This document shows positions 28,195 to 36,878 of a stretch of DNA of 64,000 bases, piece by piece. Location of the stretch: positions 2,176,001 to 2,240,000 of the forward strand of contig CAXXLX010000001.1 in NCBI GenBank assembly GCA_963665235.2, given 5' to 3'. Every line of letters starts with the position of its first letter. Within the stretch, counting starts at the first letter, position 1. Both the position numbers and the translations under genes were made by a program. Under the pieces are notes generated by a model that was given only the letters and a program-made list of their open reading frames with translations, was not told the DNA's origin and made no database searches. Source of the DNA: Candidatus Poribacteria bacterium. Lineage in GTDB: Bacteria > Poribacteria > WGA-4E > WGA-3G.

Positions 28195-29597
28195 TGCTCT
28201 GATGGTGTTGTAGGAGGTGTCGGACGTGCTGGGGGCAAGGATTGTTCCCGCGGACGACGGGGTGGCTGCGGTAACCTTTCCCTGCCATGTTTTCGGATCG
28301 CTTCCAATTCTTTGATTACCTCTTGCAATGCCTTGAGGTCTTTCGGTAAATCCCCGCCGTGTAAAAGTATCAGTTCTGCAAACCACTTTTCTATCTGATC
28401 CGGACCAGGGAGTTCGGGGGGCAACAGCGGCAGCCTGTTTTTCCCTGCTTGTGGTGTTTTTTGCTGCGTTCCCGATGTCTGTGTTGTGTGTGTAGGAGGG
28501 ACCTCCTCAGGCGGATGTAGGTGGTCGCGTTGTGTTTCCTTCACAATGGGTTTTGTTTGCTGCTCGGTTTCGTTTTCGGCTTGATTAAAAAGTGCATCGT
28601 GATCGGCTATTTGCTGCATGACCTGTTGCTCTGCAGCATCAAGTTGTGCCATCGCCCGTTCGTAAAAACGTGGTTTTACATCCGGTGGCAACGGAATGCC
28701 GTTTTTGTCGGTGTAGACAACTTTCATGCCTCTCGGAGCGATGCCGAACATCGTCAACGCATTTTTTTCTGTTTTTGTCAATGTCGGACCAATGAATTGT
28801 GAGACGGGCCCCTCCTCGGAGACATAGACATATACGGTATCGGGCTTAAACGGCAAGAACCCACTGTCTATTGTAAAAACCCCGCCTTCTGAATCGGGAT
28901 TTTGTCTGACATACTCATCGTGAGCAAGCACGGAAAGCACCTGATGCTTAATAAAAGTGTCCTCAAGCTCTTCCCACGTTGCTTCTACAGGGAGGTCATA
29001 TCCAGAGAAAACCCATTCTCTGTCTTCGGGAGATTTCTCTGCTTTTTCGCGGTGTTTTTCTAATCGTTGACGGTTTGATAAAGCCGTACTGTAGTGCCAT
29101 GCTAACTCTAATGGGTGTCCCAAATCCATGTAACGTTGCAACCATTTATCGCGGGGATAAAGCTGATCAGTAATATTCATACCGTTAGACACGTAAGTGT
29201 TAGGAAAATTTTCAGAGGTGAGCGTATGAGATTGCTCCCACATCCCGTGCATTTCGTCTATCGTGTAGGGTTGCCATTTTCGCTTTATTTCCGCAACATC
29301 CAGCTGTGCCCACGCGCGTTGAACCTTATTCCACTTCATATAATCCGCTGCTTTTCTGGTTTGTGAAGATCTATCCGGTTTCGTATCGTTTTGGCGGGTT
29401 GGCGGATCATAGATATGCACATGCGCTATCACCTCGCCCGCAGAAGATACATGGGAGTGCGATTTTGACTCTGGGAGATTTTCAACAATCGCAAGCGGAG
29501 AACGCGGTGATTGATTGATGATAAAGTAAACAGTCATACTCGCGACAACTGTCAATACAAGAATTGCAAGCATAAAGATAATCTGTCGTTTTTTCAT
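28191..29597 (-). CDS. Hypothetical single-pass membrane-anchored protein
   Basis: 468-aa ORF, N-terminal TM, His-rich patch, Pro-rich C-terminus, GGGAG RBS. Confidence 0.75.
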   Translation of the reverse strand: MKKRQIIFMLAILVLTVVASMTVYFIINQSPRSPLAIVENLPESKSHSHVSSAGEVIAHVHIYDPPTRQNDTKPDRSSQTRKAADYMKWNKVQRAWAQLDVAEIKRKWQPYTIDEMHGMWEQSHTLTSENFPNTYVSNGMNITDQLYPRDKWLQRYMDLGHPLELAWHYSTALSNRQRLEKHREKAEKSPEDREWVFSGYDLPVEATWEELEDTFIKHQVLSVLAHDEYVRQNPDSEGGVFTIDSGFLPFKPDTVYVYVSEEGPVSQFIGPTLTKTEKNALTMFGIAPRGMKVVYTDKNGIPLPPDVKPRFYERAMAQLDAAEQQVMQQIADHDALFNQAENETEQQTKPIVKETQRDHLHPPEEVPPTHTTQTSGTQQKTPQAGKNRLPLLPPELPGPDQIEKWFAELILLHGGDLPKDLKALQEVIKELEAIRKHGRERLPQPPRRPREQSLPPARPTPPTTPSEQ

Positions 29598-29634
29598 TAG
29601 TTTTACTCCCTTTCAATAACAGCAGGTTATGCCT

Positions 29635-29671
29635 AAGGAGAGAAGGGAACCCCGTTGCCCCTTCTCTCCTT
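29635..29671. terminator. 13-bp perfect hairpin (terminator or stability element)
   Basis: AAGGAGAGAAGGG / CCCTTCTCTCCTT. Confidence 0.5.
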
Positions 29672-29696
29672 TAGCCTTCGATTTGGTGTCATAAAT

Positions 29697-31005
29697 TAGA
29701 CATGACTGATATTTCTCAAAAGTTATGTTAAAGTAGTCTTCATATAGGTTCTTTAGGTTTGATGTTGTGAAAATGCGCGATGATTTGCTCGAGGGTGTGT
29801 CTTTCTCCCGTCAGTTGAAGTTGTATTTGATGAAATGTGCGTCTTTCCGCTATGCTGATTTGTAGCAACAAATGGTAGCTTATCACTTTTACACCGAGGG
29901 TGGTATAGGCCCCGTGTGTGCTTCGGAGGCGCATGGCGGAAACTCGCAGGTCTGTTTTCAAATACCGCCAAAATTGCTCAATACCATGATGTTGTTTCCA
30001 GATCCGCAGTGCCTCACAGGCACGCAGCGGTTTTCCAAAGCATAAAAGTGTTTGTATCTTGCCGCTATCCTGAAAAAAGATGACGACACATTGGTTTTCC
30101 AAAAGTGGGACTTTCTGCTTTTACCCGACAGACAGGTTTATCACACGCCCATTGATTTTCAAGCAGTTCTATGTTCTGTTTATGCACCGAAAGTTTGGCA
30201 GTTGTATCGCCAATGTGCATGACATAATTGCTCTTTCCGTGTATCAGTATAGAACAAAACCCTAACTCCGATAAGGTTTGAACCATGTTGCGGCTGCCAT
30301 ACCACGAATCAAAGGTAATCGGATACTTTCGCAGGTCTATCCCTTCCGCATCCAGGCACGATAGCACCTCTTTGAGCATCGCTATAACCAGAGAGGGTTT
30401 ATCTGTGTTGCCACGCCCACGCTTACTCACTAAACATAGGTGCAGCGGATACACACGCTCCCCAACTTTCAGCGTGATACCTAACACGTTCTGGCACCGG
30501 ATAGACCCATTGTGTTTTTTAGACCACCACCGACCACAGTAGGATACCTGCTCCCCATCGCAGGGAACATTGGTATCATCCACACTTACCGTAATGCGCC
30601 GCCGAGATTGGGTCGAGGCACTCTGCCCTTCAACCGATCTAATCGCAGCTGCACCTATCACACACCCGATACGCAGACACAAACGCCGCGCATAATAAAG
30701 GCTCAGGGCACCAAGACTGCGATAAAGACTGCCTTTCACCACACCCAACGCATCCCCTATCTGATTCGGGTTGTAAAGACCATAAAGGTGGCAGACGCAC
30801 ACAGACAATAGCGTTCTTACTATAAACTCAGACATACGCTGAAAGTAAGTAGAAAAAAGTTCTTGAAAATGTTCTGTAGATTTGATAAGCTTCTCTTGCA
30901 TGAGATGTTCTCCTATTCAGAGTTATTTTCTAAGATATTAGGATACCATCTCATGCAATAAAAAGATAGAAACTTTTTCAAAAATATCGCATTTTCAGTT
31001 GGCTA
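29697..31005 (-). mobile_element. IS701/IS4-like insertion sequence (ends approximate)
   Basis: Contains a DDE transposase; weak imperfect inverted ends (TAG..ACTGA..GATATTT....AAAAGT). Confidence 0.55.
29740..30901 (-). pseudogene. DDE transposase (IS701/IS4-like), frameshifted near 30095
   Basis: VDDT, ITFDSWYG, HHGIEQFWRYLK catalytic motifs split across ORFs 30065-30901 and 29740-30102. Confidence 0.82.
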
Positions 31006-31017
31006 TACCTGCGGACT

Positions 31018-31971
31018 CTATATGATGACTACTTTCTTGATAGCTCTGAGAAATGACAAGAACGATTCTCCAGGACACCAGGTGTTGGGGGCTTTAGGAT
31101 AAGTGGCAATAATATCAACATCACATTCTCCATCCAGGTCACCTTCAGTCGCTGCGCTTTTACCCTGGAGTTCAATACCCTTGTAATGCCGCAACCAGCT
31201 GTTGCCGACTTTACCACTTATCCCGTAACTTGTCTCCCTCAAGTCTTGCCACTCCTCTGCCTCACTTCGTTCGTAACTTGCACTTGCGTTGCCAGTTTCA
31301 TCGCTTACGGTTAGCGACAAGTTTTTCCGTTTCGTGTATTTGCGCAGTGTAATATCAAGATAAATGTTAGCATAATTTTTCATCTCTAATTTGTGTTCTT
31401 GTGCTGTCCACTCAGCACAAAAAACGTACTTACCCCAATAGGTATTAACAGGGTCATGATATACTAATTGGGGAATATTTAAATTTAGTTTCCCATTTCC
31501 TTGATAAGACGTTCTACCACCACTTGGCGTGGGATGCACGTTTATACCGTCTATACTTGGCGTTAGTGAAGCTTCGGCTGATCTTGTGCCAGCTGATGTT
31601 ACCGCTGTAAGCACAAGTTTGAAAACGCCCTGTCGCGCATTTGTAAGATTATCACCTTCCTTATGATGCTCCGAGGTGCCACCATTCAGAATCCCTGGTC
31701 TATAATACCACCCTTCTTGCTTTACATAGCGTGCACCGTTCGGGCCACATATCATTTTAGAGAAAGTCTTATAGCGAGGGTCGTCATCACCATCAACCGG
31801 CTCTTCCGGATCGGTTGGGTCCTTTCCTATATTGTCACCGTTACCATCTACGTAGAAAGCAGGTTGGTGCAGGCACCCAGTATGTCCAAAACCATCGCGT
31901 GGCGGTAACATATAAACAACAGACACTACAAAAGTCAATAAGATTGCAAATTGAACCAACTTGAATTTCAT
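31018..31971 (-). CDS. Secreted hypothetical beta-rich protein
   Basis: 317 aa, hydrophobic N-terminal signal, AAGGAG RBS, 5 Cys. Confidence 0.75.
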   Translation of the reverse strand: MKFKLVQFAILLTFVVSVVYMLPPRDGFGHTGCLHQPAFYVDGNGDNIGKDPTDPEEPVDGDDDPRYKTFSKMICGPNGARYVKQEGWYYRPGILNGGTSEHHKEGDNLTNARQGVFKLVLTAVTSAGTRSAEASLTPSIDGINVHPTPSGGRTSYQGNGKLNLNIPQLVYHDPVNTYWGKYVFCAEWTAQEHKLEMKNYANIYLDITLRKYTKRKNLSLTVSDETGNASASYERSEAEEWQDLRETSYGISGKVGNSWLRHYKGIELQGKSAATEGDLDGECDVDIIATYPKAPNTWCPGESFLSFLRAIKKVVII

Positions 31972-32475
31972 TTTTTATCTCCTTGTGCCACTCATCCGTG
32001 GCGTTCAGATGTGGCCGTTTCGTGCACACATCCTATTGTTTATACACCTAAACATCAAAGTTGTCAAATAAAACCGTAACTTACTTGCTGTTATATTCAA
32101 CAGTGCGAATGACATGCATTGGTAAATCCAATGCAACACCAAAAGCCCGCGATAAAATCCTCCGTATAAGACGAAGGGCACGCGCAGGCGCGAAGACAGT
32201 GCAGCTTGTAAAGCCTCCGACACTGTCTATTGATATAAAAATACCTAATAAATATGACGTATGTAAAAAGGGGGGGGGCACAAACCTCTACTGTGACTGG
32301 CTCCGACAGATATTCTTCCCGGAGAAACCCCGCGCAGGCGTGCAGCACCTGACTGACGTATGTGTTGCAGTAGTGTAGGATGTTGCATTCTCATTATTAA
32401 ATCCCTACCTATTGACATGCGTTCAGTGCGATTTCGGTGGCATAAATTTTCGGTTGCCACCATTACGTATTTAAA

Positions 32476-32941
32476 ACGTGTGCTCGGTGTAAGAAATAAG
32501 TTTTGATAAATAGAGAGCATCTATGGTATAGTAAACTTATACCAATAGTTCAAAGGAGCTCCTTATGTGTATTGGACAACTTTTTTGTGATATTGACGAC
32601 TTTTAAAGTATACCACAGATTTCGATAGAAGTCAATTTTTTAGAAAAAATTTAAAAATTACGAAAACGCTTGCGATTTCTACCTTATCTTTATGAATTAT
32701 ACCACGTAATTCCGGTTTTGTCAAATCTTTTTTACGAAAATCGGATTTTTTCAACGGTCCCTCATAAGTATCAACTTCAGCGGGGCACATTTCTATATGA
32801 TTGATGTAAGGAAGCCCCCCTTCCTTACATCAATCATTAAACATATCGACCCTACAGGGCCAAGGCACAACGCATATCTGAAGTATATCAAAAGCGTTCG
32901 CTTTCTACAACAAATTCCTCAATTATTTATCAAACTCACGT
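32476..32941 (+). mobile_element. Internally deleted IS982-family remnant
   Basis: Left end ACGTGTGCTCGGTGTAAG and right end TTATCAAACTCACGT resemble IS982 IRs. AAGGAG + ATG 32565 encodes MCIGQLFCDIDDF*, matching the usual IS982 transposase N-terminus (LFCxIDDF). Confidence 0.6.
32797..32837. repeat. Perfect 18-bp inverted repeat
   Basis: ATGATTGATGTAAGGAAG-CCCCC-CTTCCTTACATCAATCAT. Confidence 0.8.
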
Positions 32942-32945
32942 TATA

Positions 32946-33062
32946 TAATACCATTTTTATTAATTATTCTACCATTACCAGTTGTTAGAAATGAAACGGA
33001 GAACGGCACAAACTGGAAGTTTATGCTACAAGAAAGAGACATTTTCAATTAGAAATGGTATA
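32946..33062. mobile_element. MITE-like element, copy 2 (one internal REP unit)
   Basis: Near-identical to 11500-11680 but with a single CACAAACTGGAAGTTTATGCTACAA unit. Confidence 0.7.
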
Positions 33063-33100
33063 ACAAAAACAGAGAAGGAGCAAACGAATTGAAGTTCTGT

Positions 33101-34231
33101 TTATATCTGCATCACAGTTGTGTTTGTTAAATAGGGGGACTGAAATTGCGTCATATCGCCAGCCTTTAGTCCAGGGACAGGAAAGAGGCGGACTGAGAGC
33201 GGTTTTTCGAGTTGGATAGAAAGTGCAGCAACATCTGTCAGGATGGTGGCGAGCTGCGATGTCGAAACATCACCGGGTATAGGAATTGTGTCCAATCCAG
33301 TGCCGCAAACGGCAGAATAGAGGAGAAGGCTATCGAGGTTGAAATAACCGGCTTCACTGCGTTTTCCTAATCCGACATCTTCAAGTACCGGGAGCATTAA
33401 TCCGGAATAACCGCACAGCGGCAGGGCAAGTTCGCGAAGGGTTTGTGTTAAACCTGCAGCGACTGTTAGTGTGCCGCGCTGTCCAAAGTAGCCGGGGAGT
33501 TGTGGCTCCAGGGCATAAGCGATGCTTTCCTCTCCCATTGGTGCGGGTGACACATCTATACCGACGAACTTTATACCGGTTTCCTGCGCGAGCGTTTCAG
33601 CGATTGCGACAATTTTTTGTCCTTCGGTTTCCATTGAGGTTTTTAGATTTTGCAGGGCGGTTTTCAAATTGGGTGTGTCTATAAAAGCACGTTGTACGAG
33701 GTCAGCCGCTTGCCATCCGATGCCGAAGTTGATACCGGTGTCCTGCCAATATGCGGCTGGGAAGAAGGGTGTATTTGGGGGACAGTTCATCAATGCTGCG
33801 AATCGGAGGTTTCCGTAGCCGGAGTCGGTTCGCTGTGCTATTTGGAGAATAACGTTCGCGGTTTTTTCAGCGATATCCCAGGCGATTTGACCATTTTGCG
33901 TCGTAAGTGTAACAGAGGCAAAAAGCGTTTCACTTTCCACAATTACATCCGCAACCGTGCTAAGATTCGTTTTGGTGTGCCGCTGCTCTGGAAAGATTGT
34001 CCCTAAGCTGATGAATTCAACCTCTAACGCTTGTGCCTGCGATTCTAAGGCGAGGAGTGCTTGGATATCCGGGGTTTCACCCCAGACCTGACAGCTCACT
34101 CGCGTGGATTGTACGTCATAACCGTTCGCTTCGAAGCGGTTTCGGGAAGTTGTGTTAAATTCAGCGGCGCGTTGGAGGTCATATCTTGAGAAGGGGGCTG
34201 GGATGCCTGTGGTAATCGTTCGTATCTTCAT
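33101..34231 (-). CDS. DUF711 family protein
   Basis: MKIRTIT, NLRFAA..N.PP.TPFFPAAY, GYSGLMLPVLED, YSAVCGTGLDTIPIPG. Confidence 0.85.
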   Translation of the reverse strand: MKIRTITTGIPAPFSRYDLQRAAEFNTTSRNRFEANGYDVQSTRVSCQVWGETPDIQALLALESQAQALEVEFISLGTIFPEQRHTKTNLSTVADVIVESETLFASVTLTTQNGQIAWDIAEKTANVILQIAQRTDSGYGNLRFAALMNCPPNTPFFPAAYWQDTGINFGIGWQAADLVQRAFIDTPNLKTALQNLKTSMETEGQKIVAIAETLAQETGIKFVGIDVSPAPMGEESIAYALEPQLPGYFGQRGTLTVAAGLTQTLRELALPLCGYSGLMLPVLEDVGLGKRSEAGYFNLDSLLLYSAVCGTGLDTIPIPGDVSTSQLATILTDVAALSIQLEKPLSVRLFPVPGLKAGDMTQFQSPYLTNTTVMQI

Positions 34232-35190
34232 TCGCCGTAAAATCCGAGGTGTCGGTAACGTTCGTGTCGCTGTTGCTTTAGTTGTTGGGGTGTCATCAGC
34301 ATCAATTCGGCGAGGTGTTTGCGCATTGTGCGTTTGACGTTTCGTGCTGCGGCTTCAGCATCTCGGTGCGCGCCGCCGAGGGGTTCACGTATAATCTGAT
34401 CGATGATTCCTACCTTAAGCAGGTCCGGGGCGGTTGGTTTATAGCCTTCTGTGGCTTCGGGTGCATGTTCGCCTTTGTCCTTCCAGACGATTCCGCTGCA
34501 GGCTTCAGGGGGAGCAACACAGTAGATGGCGTATTCCATCATCAGTACGCGATTTCCGACAGCAATTGCCAATGCACCGCCGCTGCCGCCTTCGCCGATG
34601 ATAACGACAAGGATAGGGACGTGCATTCTCATCATCTGTGCGAGGTTTTCGGCAATCGCTGTTGCTTGTCCATACTCTTCAGAGCGTAGGTCGAAGTGTG
34701 CGCCTGGGGTATCAACGAAGCAGATGAGAGGTCTGTTAAACTTATCGGCTAGCTGCATCAACCGTTTCGCTTTTCGGTATCCCTCAGGGTGTGTGTATCC
34801 GAAGTTCATCTCCTGTCTTTCTTCAAGGTTCGTACCTTTCTGCTGTGCGAGATAGATGATAGGGTGTCCGGCAAACCATGCTAATCCCCCTACGAGCGCA
34901 CGGTCATCGCCATATAATTTATCGCTGCGGAGCTCCACTGGTTCCTCGAGAAGTTTCTCAATATAGAAGGAGGACTGCGGGCGTTGTGGGTGGCGCGCTA
35001 ATCGTACCTTGTCCCATCGGCTGAGTTTTTGGAATGTCTGCTTTGTCAACGTGTCAGCATTCTGTTTTAGGGCATCAATTCCTGGTGTGATGTTTAGTTC
35101 CGGATAGTTTTGGGCAAAGGTATTCAATTCTGTGAGATAGTGTTCTAATTCGATGAGCGGTTTTTCAAAGTCTAATTCGGTTGAATTCAA
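34228..35190 (-). CDS. accA: Acetyl-CoA carboxylase carboxyltransferase alpha subunit
   Basis: LDFEKP, LARHPQRP, PEGYRKA.RLM, FVDTPGA, GEGGSGGALA. Confidence 0.95.
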   Translation of the reverse strand: MNSTELDFEKPLIELEHYLTELNTFAQNYPELNITPGIDALKQNADTLTKQTFQKLSRWDKVRLARHPQRPQSSFYIEKLLEEPVELRSDKLYGDDRALVGGLAWFAGHPIIYLAQQKGTNLEERQEMNFGYTHPEGYRKAKRLMQLADKFNRPLICFVDTPGAHFDLRSEEYGQATAIAENLAQMMRMHVPILVVIIGEGGSGGALAIAVGNRVLMMEYAIYCVAPPEACSGIVWKDKGEHAPEATEGYKPTAPDLLKVGIIDQIIREPLGGAHRDAEAAARNVKRTMRKHLAELMLMTPQQLKQQRHERYRHLGFYGE

Positions 35191-35247
35191 AAGTTGTTTC
35201 TCCTTGTTCTCTCTATCAGAGTATAGCGATTGTGAGCGGACGTGTTA

Positions 35248-36459
35248 TCAAAGGAGCTTAGAGAACTGTTTGCCTGGGAGTTGTTGAATAACCCCTTTGA
35301 GTTCGAGCATCAGAAGTGTGCTTGACACTTTGCTAATCGGGAGTTGTGTTATGCGGACAATCGTGTCTATATGTGATGAAGGTGTCTCAATTGCGTTGAA
35401 TACCTGTTTTTCCTCATCCGTTAGGTCCGGGGGTGGCGTTACAGGTTTCGGTTCAGGTTTTTCAGGTGTTTTACTGTGTGGCGGTTCAGGTTTTGCCGTT
35501 TCGATGGCGAGGTCTTGCGGAAGTTCTGTTGCTGTATCGGTTTCAGACGCTGGTGTAGCGGTGAAGCTATGGTTTATCAAATGCTGCGGCAATGCTTCAA
35601 GCACGTCATCGGCATTGCCGATAAGTTTCGCACCAGAATCAATTAATTTGTGGGGCCCGGTTGAAAGTTCAGAGGAAATTTCTCCGGGGACTGCAAAGAC
35701 TTCTCTGCCCTGGTCAAGGGCGTGTCTTGCAGTAATCAGCGCGCCGCTGCGGTTTGATGCTTCAACGACAACAGTTCCGATTGTTAACCCACTGATGATG
35801 CGGTTGCGTCTTGGAAAATTATCACGTATCGGTTTCATCCCCATTGGGAATTCGGAGATTAATGCACCGGATTGCTCGATTTGCGCTGCCAATTCCCTGT
35901 TCGCTGCGGGATAGATAAGACTAAGTCCGTTGCCCATTACAGCAATAGTTCTACCCCCCGCCTCAAGCGCGCCCCGATGTGCACATGTATCCACCCCTTT
36001 TGCGAATCCGCTAACGACTGTTAGCCCGCGTTGTGCAAGTTGATAGCTGAGCTGGTAGCTGACTCGTCGTCCATAATCCTTCGCTTGGCGTGAGCCGACG
36101 AGAGAGATGCTGAAGTCGTCTTCTGGTTTTAGTTCGCCTTTGATGTAAAGCAACAACGGAGGGGTGTCAATTTCTTTCAACCGCTGCGGATATGCTGCGT
36201 CATAAAGCGTCACAGTATTGCACCCATATTCTTGGATCAGTTCAAGTTCCTGTTCTAAGGGGCAGCCGAGCTTTTTTCGAACGAGAGATTCCCGTATGGT
36301 AGCGGATAGGCCGTCTATTTTCTTTAATTCGGCTGACGATGCTTGCAGCACCTTTTCTACACTGCCGAGAGCCTCAATTAAAAATCGGGCGGTTTTTGGC
36401 CCCACGCCTCGAATCAGATTCAAATGAATTAGATTTATCGTTTGCTGAGATAACATCAT
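35248..36459 (-). CDS. dprA: DNA-processing protein DprA
   Basis: VGSR, VVSGFAKGVD, FPRRNRIISG, SGALITA, GREVFAVPG, C-terminal winged helix. Confidence 0.95.
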   Translation of the reverse strand: MMLSQQTINLIHLNLIRGVGPKTARFLIEALGSVEKVLQASSAELKKIDGLSATIRESLVRKKLGCPLEQELELIQEYGCNTVTLYDAAYPQRLKEIDTPPLLLYIKGELKPEDDFSISLVGSRQAKDYGRRVSYQLSYQLAQRGLTVVSGFAKGVDTCAHRGALEAGGRTIAVMGNGLSLIYPAANRELAAQIEQSGALISEFPMGMKPIRDNFPRRNRIISGLTIGTVVVEASNRSGALITARHALDQGREVFAVPGEISSELSTGPHKLIDSGAKLIGNADDVLEALPQHLINHSFTATPASETDTATELPQDLAIETAKPEPPHSKTPEKPEPKPVTPPPDLTDEEKQVFNAIETPSSHIDTIVRITQLPISKVSSTLLMLELKGVIQQLPGKQFSKLL

Positions 36460-36605
36460 CTAAAAATGAATTTTTCTGAGAAACGCAACCGGTTTCTCCT
36501 TATGCTACAAAAACACCTGCACAATTAAACAAAAGTCTAAGTTCCTCTGTTTTCGTATGACTATAGGTAACATGGCTGCCCCATCTGCAATAGGTTGAAA
36601 AGGAC

Positions 36606-36878
36606 CTATTCATCAAGCACTTGCAAGAAAGTGTTGAAATTAGGCACTGAGAGCGCAAGCGTGAGCAGCTCGGTGAGGCGTTCAATATCGCCAATTGCCT
36701 CAAGTGCAGAGGTAGCGGTATGTCCATCGGCATCCGGGAACCGCGTTGTAAGCACAGCGATTATGTTTGTAATATATGTCTCGCGCGCTCCTTGTTCGAT
36801 ACCTTGTTCGATACCTTGTTCGATACCTTGTTTAATACCGTCTTGTAGAACTATATCGTAAAAGGGAGATTCTTGCAT
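36606..36878 (-). CDS. Putative internally translated small C-terminal protein (RpnS-like, 90 aa)
   Basis: In-frame GGAGG-AAATC-ATG (SD 36884-36888). Confidence 0.55.
   Translation of the reverse strand: MQESPFYDIVLQDGIKQGIEQGIEQGIEQGARETYITNIIAVLTTRFPDADGHTATSALEAIGDIERLTELLTLALSVPNFNTFLQVLDE

Noticed and set aside
28195-28386. N-terminal extension of the GspC-like ORF
   Set aside because: Overlaps the upstream gene; ATG 28194 gives an N-terminal TM and an ATGA overlap.
31975-32035. CsrA/RsmA binding sites (CACGGATG loop and CAAGGAG SD) in the leader of the secreted gene
   Set aside because: The motifs are short and csrA presence in this genome is unknown; insufficient to call.
32190-32230. 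c-di-GMP-I riboswitch (AAAGCCTCCG)
   Set aside because: Lacks the GGCAAAC/GAAA-tetraloop stem and GGGACGC elements, and is on the wrong strand for the downstream gene.
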